The notes under the pieces: model-generated | Databases searched by the model: none | What the model was told of the DNA's origin: nothing | Seen by the model: only the letters and a program-made list of their open reading frames with translations | Position numbers and translations under genes: made by a program | Assembly: GCA_013265495.1 (NCBI GenBank) | Contig: MU057584.1 | Coordinates: 846,608 to 910,607 of the forward strand | DNA from: Vicugna vicugna | Taxonomy: Eukaryota | Reading direction: 5' to 3' | DNA length: 64,000 nucleotides | Part shown: positions 12,579 to 24,960 of the stretch, in pieces | How positions within the stretch are numbered: the stretch's first letter is position 1 | How the letters are laid out: each line of letters starts with the position of its first letter

Positions 12579-12749
12579 CGCAAAGTCCTTTACGGGCCTG
12601 AAAATGAAGACGTGGAGACGGAAGCCAGTGAAACATCGGCATTTCCATCACCCCAGCATGAACCCCCAGTCAAAGCCGTTCCCCTCCAAAATTCCAGGGC
12701 TCCATAGCGTCCAGCTCCAAACACCCAGAGCCCCAGGTTCCAAAAAGCC

Positions 12750-13340
12750 CCGCCCCATCGAGCCTCCACCTCTGGTTCGCCCCGCCCCTTACCGGTCCAC
12801 ACTTTCCATTCTCCCGCCCCTCAGGGCCCCTACGTTCTACTCGCACCGCCCTTACTGTTCTCCGCCTTCCGTCCGCCAGGCCCGGCCACTGGACCCGACC
12901 CTCCGTCCGCCCCGCCGCCAGGGCTCCTACCTGGATGCCCTCCCCTCGCTCCATCTCTCGGAGACTGCAACGACTGATTGACTTCTACGGCTGCCAATCC
13001 CCACAGCAGTCACAGCCCCCCGCCCCTCTTGACCCAGCCCGGAAAGCTCAGCGTCCGGTGGACTCACCTCCTCGCCCCCGAGTCAGGAAAGACCGGAGGG
13101 AGATCGAGGCGTTCCACCGCCGGTGTGGCTAGCGCGGCCGTAGGCTCGCCTCACTTCCGGCCTCTCTAGCCCGCCACCCCGTTCCCATCGTTCCCCTAAG
13201 GGGTAGGGCGTGGAGAGGGGCGGTCTCCGCGCAGCTGTCAATGGTTGTGGAGGACTGCGGAGTTTTGGTTTGGAAAGAGCTATGCGTCTCTGGGCCTGAG
13301 TGGCTCTGGGCCTGAGTGGCTCTGGTTGCCAAGCAGTTAC
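12750..13340 (-). promoter_or_regulatory. ERCC1: ERCC1 CpG-island promoter
   Basis: CpG-dense, TATA-less, ETS CCGGAAGT at 13153-13160, GC boxes. Confidence 0.8.
13068..13160 (-). other. ERCC1: ERCC1 non-coding exon 1 (5'UTR)
   Basis: Starts at ETS motif CCGGAAGTG in a CpG island, ends GAG|GTGAGT. Resembles the recalled human exon 1 (CGCCTCGATC...GTCTTTCC). TSS approximate. Confidence 0.8.
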
Positions 13341-14819
13341 ATTTCAAATACCTCTTGTGTGCCCGGGCTCTAGGCTAGTGGAGAAGAGATGGCAGGAGAT
13401 CAAACTAGGTCCCTTCTCTCAGTACAGACTTGGGTTTGAATCCCAGCTCTGCCATTGACTTGGTCTCAGTTTCCCCACTCACTCCCCAATTCACTTATTC
13501 CACACATATTCCCCCAAAGCCTCCTCTGTTCCCAGCTCTGTGCGAGGCAGTGCTGGTGACACAGTGGTGACGAGTGATAACGATAGCCCCGCTCCGCCCT
13601 CCTGGAGCTCACAGCGCATTGGGAGAGACAGACCCGTTCCCAAACAGTGACGACCCAGAGTGGGCAGGGCGGGGACAGGAGACCCCAAAGGGCCAGGGGG
13701 AGAGTGGGGTAGGGGACACCTAAGCCACCCCGAGGGTCAGGAAAAACTTCCTAGAGAAAGGGACATCTGAGTAGAGTCCTGGCTGATGAGTTAGTATTAG
13801 TCATTTCCTGAAAGGATAGTATCACACTGTTCTAACTTGCAATTCTCTGATTACTAAGAAGAGAGAACATCATTTTTGTGAGTTTATTGGTCTTAAATAT
13901 TTTGTTTTCCGTGAGTTGCTTGCTCATATCCTTTGCCCATTTTTTTCAAATCCTAGAGGTTTATTAGACTATTTATGAATGCCCATTTTTAAAATGGGGT
14001 TGTATGCCTTTTTATTACTATTAATTTGTAGTACTTTACAGATTCCAATTCTAATGGTTAGTTACATATATTTCAAATATTTCCTCCTCTTTTTCATTTC
14101 TATTTTAACTTTGTTTACTTATTTTTTATCATGCAGAAGTTCTTAGTGTTTATTCACACCTGTATTATCAATCTACTCTATCCTGACTTTTGTTTTTGGT
14201 GTGTTTAAGAGGCTTGTAATACCCCAAGGTCATAAATATACTCTATCATTCCTTTTAATATTTTCCTAGTTTTGACTTTGTTTCTGTCTTTAATCCATAT
14301 GAGGCTTATTTTTGAAAATGTACTAAGGTGGGCATTTATGATGGGTGTAGCCAATTGTCCTGATGCCATTTACTTTAAAAGTCTGTCCTTTCCCTAGTTT
14401 TCATATTCCACCTTTATCATATGCCAAATTCCCATATCTAGAAAGGTCTGTTTCTGACATTTCTATTATGTTTCATTCATCTCTTTATCTGTTCCTTTCC
14501 TCTGTTTCAGACGGTTTGATTATTTTACTTGGATATGTTTTGATATCACATGAGGCAAATCCCCCACCTCTGTTCAGTTTCAAATCTGTCTTTACCATTC
14601 TTGTACATTTTCTCTTCGAGATGGATTTTAGAAGCTGTTTTTCTAGTTCCACGAAAACTCCTATTGGGATTGAGATTGGAATTGCTTTGAATTGATAGAT
14701 TAATTACAAGAAGATTGACATCTTTTTCGAATCCATGAATACACTATCTCTATTTCTCCATTGACTTTGGCTTTTGTTAGAAACCTACTGTAAAAAGATT
14801 TTTTTTTCTAATTAACTAT

Positions 14820-14905
14820 TTTTTTTTAAGTTGAGGTACTGGGGATTGAAACCAGGACCTCATGCATGCTAAGCATGCACTCTACCACTGAGCTATACCC
14901 TCCCC
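14820..14905 (-). mobile_element. tRNA-derived SINE (Vic-1-like)
   Basis: GAGGTACTGGGGATTGAAACCAGGACC...GAGCTATACCCTCCCC. Confidence 0.85.
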
Positions 14906-14938
14906 ACTAATTAATTTTTATTTATATAATTGGTTCAT

Positions 14939-15367
14939 GGTATTAGTTTCCCAGGACTGCTGTAACAAAGTACAAAAAACTGGGTGGCTTAAACCACAGA
15001 AATTTATTGTCTCACAGTTCTGGGGAATAAGCAAGTCCAAAATCAAGATGTTGGCAGGGTGATGCTCCCTCTGAATGCACTAAGAAAGGATCTGTTCCAG
15101 AACTCTCTCCTATCTTCTGGCAGCCTCAGGCCTTCCTTTGCTTATAGATGGCCAGCTTCTCCCTGTGTGTCTGTCTTCCCTCTGTACATGTCTGTCTCTG
15201 AGTCCAAATTTCCCCATTTCAAAAAGACGCCAGTAAAACTGGATTAGTGGCCTCACTTAAACTTATCTTTGTAAAGACCTTATTTCCAAATAAAGTCACA
15301 TTCTGAAAAACGGGAGTTAAGACCTCAACATATCTTTTTTTGTGGGGACACAATTCAACTCATAACA
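14939..15367 (-). mobile_element. MaLR solo LTR (MLT1-like)
   Basis: GTATTAGTTTCCCAGGACTGCTGTAACAAAGTAC...GGGGACACAATTCAACTCATAACA. Confidence 0.8.
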
Positions 15368-16580
15368 ATTTTCTGTTACTCTTTATAACTTTCTTCCTTC
15401 TGAATTCATTTTTACTTCTTGCTAGAGTACATTCTCTTCTAACTCTTTCAGAGAACATTCTGGATAGCAACTCTTTGAGTCTTGTTCATCTGAAAATGTT
15501 TTTATTTGATCTTCACAATCGGAAGCTCAAATTCTGGGTGCCTACTTCTTTTTCTGGCAAAGTTAGAAGATACTGGTCCTCCATCTCCCCAACGACGTCT
15601 GGGTGGCTGATGAAAAGTCTCCCATCTCCCTGATTCTCCTTCCTTCATAAGCAGCCTCATCACTGGGTGTAATTTTTCCCCAGGATCACTTACTAGCAGT
15701 GTGACCTTATGCCAGTAATTCAGTATCTCCATGTGTGTCAGTTTGCTCATCTCTAAAACGGGGATAACGGTTGTTAGGAGAAAGAAATAAGTTCTATGCA
15801 GAGTGCCTACGTCTGTACTTGGCATGCAGTAAGTGCAGGATTCAAGTTTGTCATACAAATAAAACAGCCCTTGAACAAGTCCTCAGCAAGCAGGGGCTGA
15901 AACTGTTTTCATCACGGCTGCATCATCCTGCCCCAAACCAGAAGGCGCTACTGAATCATGTGTTATATGAATGAACAAAAGAAATAGTGGAGTCCTACCA
16001 CAATGGACTTCACCACTTGGTGTCTCAGTTTCCCAGTGTAACTGCTGAGGTTGTGAGAATTTAATAAGACCACAGAGATCAGTCTTGAGATGGATGGTTT
16101 ATTTATTCCTTGAATAACTACATGTTGAGCACCTGTGGCAGGCACTGTGCACACAGATGCCAATAAATCAGACCACCGTCCCTGCCCTGCAAGCTGATGG
16201 TCTCATGGGGGGAGGGGGCGACAGACATAAAAACGAAACAAGAGCACTTCAGTCATATGTGCTCTGAAGATGATATATAGGGGGAGGAGCCACACAGTCA
16301 CAGGAAGAGGGGCTCTAGAAATAATAGAAATGTTACCATCAACTTGATAACCACCAAGATAAATTGAGCACTTACTATGAGCTAAGTCCTCACAATAACC
16401 CTTCCCTTAGGTATCAATAGCTCATTTGACATATGAATGAGCCGAATCCCCAGATACAGAGAGAAGAACTTTGAAGATGTGTCTCTGAATCCAAGGGCAG
16501 ACGGTGTTTCTAGAAGGAAGCCAGCCTGGGCTGGCTTGAGGAATGGGAATAACCAACCAAACCTGCAACTCGTGTTTTTT

Positions 16581-16594
16581 CCGCTAGGGGGCGA
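16581..16594 (+). promoter_or_regulatory. CTCF motif
   Basis: CCGCTAGGGGGCGA, with an upstream-module-like CTGCAAC shortly 5'. Confidence 0.65.
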
Positions 16595-17149
16595 CGGCGC
16601 CCCACAAGAGGATTTGGGGTGTAGGGGCGCCGGGAACTGCTCTGCCAGAACCATCCCCAGGGCAAGACGCCCCAAGAAGGCGGCAGGCAGGCCCTTTGCT
16701 TCTCCCAACCCGTTTCTCTGTCGCCGAAGTGCGGCAAAGGCCCCGCTGAGTGCGTTCGTGTAACTCTGAGCCTGAGAAAGTTGCCCTCGATTCTACATTA
16801 TTATCTCCAAGTTTGATTCCTACACTAAATTCCAAACCTGAATTTTCAGATCCCGGATTCGAATCTTCCTAGCGCCTAGAGCAGCGAGTTCGAATCTAAC
16901 AGCTGTCCCCAACTCTGATTCCTCGTCCATCTTCCAAACGCTCCAAATTCAAATTCCAGCCGCAACCGAAGTTCACCGGAGTCCGGACCCTGCTCCACTC
17001 CCAAACCGTCCCCTAATCACAACTTCGAGATTCCTCTGCGCCTCCGAAGAACTGGGGTGGGGATGGAGAATATGGGGAACCCCACCCCTAATTACGCCCG
17101 AGGAACTTCGGGTGGGGGCCAGATTGCCGCCAGACCGAAGATTCTGGAA

Positions 17150-17470
17150 GTCGGGGTGCGGCCGAGGGGCGCAGTGACCCGGCCGGCGTCCCCACCCGCC
17201 TCTAAACTTAGCCGCGGTGACGCGCGGCCCGGCGATCGCGGCGGGGCCGGGGACGCAGGGGGGCCCCAGCAGAGGGGGGGCGGCTCCGCTCGGCGAGCCT
17301 CTATTTATAGCGCCCGGAGCCCGAAATAGCGGAGCTGAACGGCCGGGATGACGCGGGAGCCGCCGGGGGCTGACTCACCGGCCCCGAACGGCGGCCCCCG
17401 GAGAGGGGCAGTGGAAGCGCCTGGCCCCGACCCCGCGCCATCCCAGGCACCTCTTCTGCTGGGACGTCCC
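17150..17470. promoter_or_regulatory. CpG-rich enhancer-like island (MEF2/CRE/AP-1)
   Basis: CTATTTATAG at 17301-17310, TGACG at 17349-17353, TGACTCA at 17371-17377. Confidence 0.7.
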
Positions 17471-18214
17471 AAGTTTGATGGATATACAGCCAAAGGGAGA
17501 ATCTGCAACATGAGAAACTGGGGTTAGCTCAGAGGTGGGACTTTCCCCAGAAGAACGCAGAATTAAGAAAATAACTTTATATAAGACGGAGGGGCTGGGA
17601 AGGAGGGAGATGAACCAGACCTACACACTTACTTCTCACTACAGCAGGACTGAGGTGCGTTGGGCACAGAGAAATGGACACAATAATCTGGTCAACCATC
17701 AGGGCACAGCTGTCCTCCTCTCCGTTTGCCATGGCTCCTTGCATGCTGTTGCCACTCCCTAGAATGCCTTTCCCTGCGTCCTCAGTCTTAATAACTCATG
17801 ATCCTCAGGGACCTGGTGCTAAGGGCGCTCCCTCATAAATGAAAACTCTGTGACCTGCTGGACTGGGACCCCTATGAGGGCAGGGCCAGGCCTTTCTCAG
17901 TCATCACCAGGTCACCAGCACTCCAGGCCTCTGGAGAAATTAATGGCAGGAATAAAAAAGTGTTTGGTAATAAAATAAACTGACGTTTCCCAAACTCTAA
18001 TAGCAAGCGTTTATTGTATGCAACATGCCAAGGGTGATTTGGAGAGTTACCACCTATGTATCTCACCACAACCCTTGGAGGGAGGTAGTTTTAATTATTT
18101 TCCTCATCACCACCCCTGTGTTAGAGATGAAGAAACTGAGGCTCAGAGAATGTCTGAGCTCATTTTGCTCATAGTCAGAGCTGTCTCTTGAACCAGAGTT
18201 TCAGTTCGCAGGTT

Positions 18215-18853
18215 ACTGTGATTCTCAAAGTGTAGTCCACAGAAACCTGGGCGGATCCCAAGCACTCTTTCAAGAGGGTCCCCGATGTCAAAATGATTAT
18301 CACAATAAAATTAAGACCCTTACCTGCCTTTTGCACTTTCTCTCTCCTGAGTGTACATTTCAGCCTGCACAATATCATGATGACTGAGCATAGAAGCAGA
18401 TGTGAAGACCCACTTGCCTTCTGTTGAGCTAGGCATTACAGTGATTTGCAAAACAATGCCCCTCTTCTCACTAAATTTTTTTTTGTCTTAGCAAATATGG
18501 TTGTTTTAAATTAAAAGGATATGATTTATGTTAACCTGAAATTGGTTCTTCAAATTATATTAAAATGAATTCATAAATATTGCATAAATTTCTGTTTTAA
18601 TTACTTTTTTTCTGGGGGGAGGTGATTAGGTTTAGTTATTTTATTATTTTTAATGGAGATACTAGAAATTGAACCCAGGACCTCATGCATGCTAAGCATG
18701 CGCTCTACCACTTCAGTTATACCCTCCCCCAGCCCAGTTTTAATTTCTTAAACAGTAAATATGGATAATTCACATCAACAAAAACCCTCCAGAGTCCTCA
18801 ATAATTTGTAAGAGTATAGGGGGCTCGAAGACCAAAAAGTTTAAGAATCACTG
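18215..18853. mobile_element. hAT-Charlie-like DNA transposon remnant with a nested Vic-1-like SINE (about 18600-18730, minus)
   Basis: Imperfect terminal inverted repeats CTGTGATTCTCAAAGT / AAGTTTAAGAATCACTG and internal GATTTGCAAAACAATGCCCCTCTTCTCACTAA. Confidence 0.65.
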
Positions 18854-20194
18854 AACTAATAATCATATACACCTGGTAAGTGTTATACTAAGGACAAGAA
18901 TGCAGAACATCCTTTACCTGGGATTGGGAAATGGGAGAATAGGAGAGGTTTCTCCATCAAAGGAACATTTAAGAGGAGACCTAAAGGACGACTGGGAGTC
19001 TGCTAGATAAAAGAAGAGAGAGCTTTCGAGGCAGTGGGAACAGCTTGTGCAAAGGCCCTGTGGTAATAAATTGCTAGGCCTACGTAGCTGGAACACAGGG
19101 TGAGAGGGAGAGAATGTCAAGATTGAAGGCTAGATAATCAAATGATCAGATCATGTAAGGCCCTGAAAGCCATGGTAAGTATTTTGGATTTTATTCTGAG
19201 TGGAGAAAGGATGGTAGTGGAGCCAAGGATGGAAGCAGGAAGCCCAGTGCAGAAGTGACCATAGTTGTCCAGGGTAGATCAGATGGTAGCTTGGTCTAGG
19301 GTGATGGGGAGTCAGAAGGGTCTGAGGGCTGTAACATGAACCAAAAGAGCAGAGTGGGGAAGAAGGTTGAGAATTCCGACTGAGCCCCTTAGGGTTGGAG
19401 AAAACTTTGAGACATCCCAGTGGGAATGTCAAAGAGGCAGGGGAGAACTCTGGGCTCAACTTTGAAATTTGTGGAACTAACATAGTGCTGTAGATCAATT
19501 TTAAAAAATTGAAACCTGAGAGTCACCAGCGTACATGGAGATGATATTTTTCTTAACTCCTTATCTTATTTCTTTTATAACTTCTAGTTGATGAGTATTA
19601 TTAAATACTATTGGTTGACCTTCTAACAGGCAATCTGGACAAATTCTGTTTAAAATAGTTTGTGGATTCTCTTAGCTTTTCTTTAAAATGATCCAAATGG
19701 CAATTTTACATCTTACCTTCCCATCTTTACATATTGTTTAATTTTTCTTGTCTTATAGCATTTGCAAAGACTTTCAGGACTATCAAATGGCAAAGTTGAT
19801 CAATTCTCATATACTCTACATCACAGCCTACTAAGGTGATTTGTTATCTCTATTTTATAGCAGGAGAAACTGAAGCACAGAGAGGTTAGTCTCTTGACTG
19901 AGGCCACACAGCATGCAAGCAAACAAACCAGGAATCCAACAAAAAAGCTTGTGTTCTCAACCACTACCTCAAAAGAAAACTCAAGAGGCATTCCATATTT
20001 TTTAATGGGCAAAAGACACTGCAAGTTTTCACAGTGACCTATGGATCTTGGATGAGTTTCTGGGGACCTGAGTTCTAATCCTGGCTCTGCCTTCTTTCTG
20101 AGCCTCAGTTTCCTCCTATGAGACAGCATCTGAAAGCCACAGAAACCCTGTCTTCCAGGTGGAAGGAGACAGGCTCCTGAACAGGCTGTATTCA

Positions 20195-20648
20195 CTTCCT
20201 GTGGCTCCCTGAAAAACTACCACAAGTTTGATGGCTTAAAACAACAGAAGTTTGTTCTCTCATGGTTCTGGAGGCCGGAAATCCTAAATCAAGGTATCAG
20301 CAGGGCCACACTGCTTCTGAAGGTCCTAGCGGAAGATTGTTCCTTGCCTCTTCCAGCTTCTGGTGACCCCAGGTGTCCTGGGCTTCTGGCCCTATCACTC
20401 CAATCTCTGCCTCCGTCCTCACATGACCAACTCCTCTGCTATCTGTGTCCAATCTCCCTCTGCCTTTCTCTTTTAAGGACACTTGCCATTGGGTTTAGGA
20501 CTCACCTGGGTAATCCAGGATGATATCATCTCAAGATCCTAAACTTAAATGCATCTGCATAGACCGTTTTTCCAACTAAGTTCCCTTTCACAGGTCTCAG
20601 GTGGGCTTAATGGATGCAAGAGGGGTGCACCATTCAACCCACTACACA
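20195..20648 (-). mobile_element. MaLR solo LTR (MLT1-like)
   Basis: GGCTTAAAACAACAGAAGTTTGTTCTCTCATGGTTCTGGAGGC...CCATTCAACCCACTACA. Confidence 0.78.
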
Positions 20649-21267
20649 GATCAAAACAGAAAAGAGAACAGGAAAATCTGTGGCAGAGTTTAGATCGGGA
20701 GTGCCCATGCCCGTTCCAGCATAGAATTTTTTTTCCTTTATTTTTCAAGCAATTTTTAATGAGATAGTTTACATTCTTTTATAGCACTAAGTCTACCTAA
20801 TCTGGCATGGATTTTACAGTCATGACTCACCTCCTTTTGGACCCATCAACATTCTGAATGTTGAAGCTCTTGCCCTTAAGAACCCAGAATGGTCTATGTA
20901 TCTTACATGTGGTGGTTAGAAGTTGTGTGTGTCCCCATGTTCTGAACATCTTCCACAACCAGGATGGGAAGTCTTTAAGGGGGTTTGTTTTCTTCAACTG
21001 TTAATGTGGAGTTGAGAGATCTCTTTCACAAAATGCCATATAATAATAAAAGCCAACACCTATACAGCACTTAATATGCGCCAAATCCTGTTCTAAGTGT
21101 TTAATATCAGTTCATTAATTTAATCTCCACAAAACCCTTCTGAGGTCTTGTTGGTGACTCCCCTTTTATAGAGGAATAAACTGAGGTGTAGACAGATTGA
21201 GTTGCAGTTTGGAAGCTCCAGATTTGTCGTTTGAGGCCCACAGTCTGGCTTCAGCATCCAGGTTCTT

Positions 21268-21371
21268 TATTTACTTATTTATTTAATGGAGGTACTGGGG
21301 ATTGAACCCAGGACCTGGTGCATGCTAAGCATGTGCTCTACCAATGATCTCCACCCTCCCTACACTGTCCA
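21268..21371 (-). mobile_element. tRNA-derived SINE (Vic-1-like)
   Basis: 16-bp TSD CAGCATCCAGGTTCTT at 21252-21267 and 21372-21387. Confidence 0.88.
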
Positions 21372-24300
21372 CAGCATCCAGGTTCTTGACTTTAAGCCAC
21401 ACTGTCCCCTGGAGGCACACCAACACATGTGAAGCCTGAACATGTGGCTCACATCATATTTCTCATGGACAGCGTTGATCCGTGGTATTTGCTGTCTCTC
21501 CATCTGGGAGGACGTCGGATGCTGGGGCGCCATTTGTTCTGGGGCTACTGAACTTCAGAATTCCTTGTGGTTTTCTGGAACAATCCATGTGAGAAGCACA
21601 TTCAAGCAGAATGACCGATGCTCATGCCAAAATTGTGGCTTAAAGGATACTCTGAAATCCCTGCCTCCATCAGGTTGATAAAGTTTATCTGAGACTTAAC
21701 CAAGAGAGATCACAGGGCCACATAGAACTTTGTGGCCACTTGGTATACGGAGTATATTTTTTATTCACAATATGTGCCTCTGTTGGGAGTGTTACAAAAT
21801 AAAAACTTACAAACTGAGATACTCAGCATAAATGGCTGAGATCCAGACTGTATGAGATCATGAGTTCAAATCCTGACTCTGTCCCCTCCCTGGCTGGGAT
21901 TCCTTTTCTGTGAGTCCCAGTTCTTCATCCAGAAACCGGAAGTGTTTGTTCCTGTGCCCTGAGGGTGCTGGGAGGACCCGGTGAGATCGTGCGTGCAAAA
22001 GGCCCTGCACACCGCCAGCCCCAAAGAATGAGCTACAGCAGCAACCAGGTTTCTTGAGAGGAGGGGGCCGGGCTTAGCTCAGAAAGAATCATGCTAGGTT
22101 TCTCAATGGAGGGGATGGCTGTGTTAGACCAAAGCATGGAGAAATATTCACTAGGTGGAGAAGGATGGGAAAGGTATTCAGGCAGAGGGAACAGAATGCT
22201 CCAGTCCGGAGGCAGGCCGGAGCATGATGCATTTGAAGAAAGGTCAGCTGTCCGAGTATTGTTTGAGGGCAGGGTGAATGTGCGTTGGGGAAAGCGGTGA
22301 GGAGGGGGCAAGAGGTGGGACTGAAGAAGGCAGCAGGCCACAGAAGGCCTTGTAGGTCACAGGACTAGAACACTGGGGAGCCGTAGCAGGCTCTGAGCAG
22401 GGGAGAGACCTGCAGGAGCAGGTTTGTGGTTTAGCAAGATCCTTCTAGATAGGAAGGGACAGGAAACCAGGGAAGGGTTCAGGGAAGGACAAAGTGGGGG
22501 AAAGGGACAAAGGAGGCAGCTGGACCAGAGTAGGGAGGAGGAGGAAGGAGAACACATAAAACCTTTCAAAGATAGAATGGAGATGAGTGATGGGCAGTGG
22601 GAGGTGAGGGGAGGAAGGCACCAGGATGAGGCTAAGAACTCTGGTCCATGAGACAGGGTCAGTGTGGGACCAAGCCTGAGCTGGGGACCTGGGAACAGTA
22701 GGCACAGGTGTGGGAAGAAGCTGTTGAGGTCAAGGTGAAATTCAGTAGGACATCCGGCGGGGGGGGGGATCCAAGAGGCTTCTAGACACATGGATCTAGA
22801 GTGTGGGAGGGACGGTAAGGCAGAGGCTGGGAGGCTGGTAGAGCTCAGACAGAGAATGATCCTGAGAGTGGGAGAAAGTGGAGGGTGAAGCAGGGTAAAA
22901 TCACCATCAGCCAGTAATGACGGTGGAAAGTGGTCCTGCCCAGGACAGCGGCCTCGGTGTCAGGTTCTCATCCCCGTCTGCGCCTAGGGACATGAACATG
23001 AGCAGACCCAGAGCCCCTACAAGAGTGCTTGTCCAATTGTGGGGAGAGGGCAGGGGGCCCAGATGTATACAAGCAGTCCATGCCTTCACGGGGGCAGTGT
23101 GTAATGAATGGTGGGGCTTTGTGGGGGGTGTACAGTGATTCATTCGCAAGGACTGGGGGCAGTGGAAAGTATCAGGATCAGTTCCTGGTGGCAGAGGAGG
23201 TGGAGAGAGAAAGTGAATCAATTGGGAGCCTCTCAGTTTCAAACGCAAACTGGTTTAGGGAAATATCTTGGCTCACATTTTTTTCTTTCTTTTTTAATTA
23301 ATTAATTATTTATTTATACTTTTTGGCTCATGTTTTTAAAAGATCAAGGAGTAAAACCAGCTTCAGTCACAGCTTGATCCAGGAGTTCAAATGATGATGT
23401 GAAATCACTGTCCCACATCTGGGTTTCACATTTCTCTGATTTTTTTCCCTCAGCAAGACCTTCTTTCAGGTGGCAAAGATGGCCCCAGCAGCTCTAGGCT
23501 CACATTCCATCCTTTCAGCCACCCTAGAGCAAAGAAAGGTCTCCTGTCCAATGGTTCCATCCCTTGTTGGCCCAACTGGGTCACATGCTCACCTCTCAAC
23601 CAATCACTGTAGTCAAAGGACAGACCAATTAGAATGCTCTGATTAGCTGGGCCTGGGGCATGTGCCCTTCCCCAGAAAGGGAGGATGGGGTAAGCCCCAA
23701 GACAACCAGGTGAACTGAATGGGGGAAGGGGTGGTTTCCCAACGAACAAGCAGAAGGCTGCCAAAGCTGTAGATGTCCATGTGGCTGGGAGAAAAGGGAG
23801 ATAGGAAAATAGATTTTCTCATCTGTTAATGGGGTATGGGGATAATTACCTCACTTCTGAGAGTTAGGGTGAGGATTTCATGAATTAATGCAGGAGAGGC
23901 ATTTAGTAGACTTCTCAGCAAAGAGTAGGCACAGGACAAAAGGTAGCTATTATTTAAAAACTAGTAATCACCTGCTACTGATGATGATGAATGGTATCTA
24001 TATGCCAGGAGGTAATGAGCTCCCAGGCTCAGGAGGACACCAAACTGGAGCTCAACAGTTACGCAAAGCTCATGCAGTCTACATTCTACAAGCTCAGTCT
24101 CCAACTGGTTCTTCTCCAGGCTTCTGTCTCCAGATCTATGTAACAGGATGAGAGGACTGCATGAGACCAGAAGGTCGTTTTAGATGCCCCTTCTCATCAT
24201 TCAGGCTGCACTTAATGGCACACATGAGGCCCTTGATAAATACTTGTTGAATGACTAGATAAATACTACTTAGAAAAGCAAAAAGTGCCTAGTTTTCTGA

Positions 24301-24492
24301 TAGGTGGTGAGTTCTCCACTAAGGGAGGTGTTCAAGCTTAAATTGAACGAATGTAACTTGCAATTCATGATGCAACACCCCCAACCCAGTTCCTCTCACG
24401 GCCTCAGTTTCGTCATTTATAAAATAGGTGTGTGGCAGGGGGTGGGGGGGGGACGACTCCTGGACCAGTCCCTGCCTGAGATCCCCGCGGGG

Positions 24493-24507
24493 GCCACCAG
24501 GGGGCGC
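24493..24507 (+). promoter_or_regulatory. CTCF motif (consensus)
   Basis: GCCACCAGGGGGCGC. Confidence 0.75.
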
Positions 24508-24639
24508 GGCGCCTCTGCCCAAAAGTAGGCCTTCAGCCGCTTGCTCCCCGGTGGATGCGTCCCGACGGTCCTGGAATATTCTGAGCGCCGCTGGCTGTCG
24601 GGCGCCCAGGAACCCAAGAGGCTTGTGCAGATTGGGCGG

Positions 24640-24960
24640 GGGATGTCCGGAGCCCGCGCTCCTCACCGTGCAGAGGGGCGGGCGGGAAGGAGGTGACTCA
24701 GGCGCGCGCCCCCGGCGCCCAGTTCTCGCGAGGGAGCGCGCACGGCCTCGGGAACCCGCGCGGTACCGCGTCCATTTTTACCCGAGCGCCGCTAAAAATA
24801 GTCCCCGTGCTCTGAGCAGAGCCCGAAATAGCGGCCCCCAGATAAGGCAGAACGACTCAGCGCTTCCGGGGAGCGGAAAGGGAGGCAGCGGCGGGCAGGG
24901 GGATGGGGCTGGGCTCAGCTGGGCCTCACGGCGCTATCCTGGCCGGACGAGCGACCCCCG
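24640..24960. promoter_or_regulatory. CpG-rich enhancer-like island (AP-1/MEF2/ETS/GC box)
   Basis: TGACTCA at 24694-24700, CTAAAAATAG at 24792-24801. Confidence 0.7.

Noticed and set aside
12337..12981. 214-aa plus-strand ORF
   Set aside because: Antisense to ERCC1 exon 2 and intron 1, GC-rich, non-ATG start, no recognisable domain.
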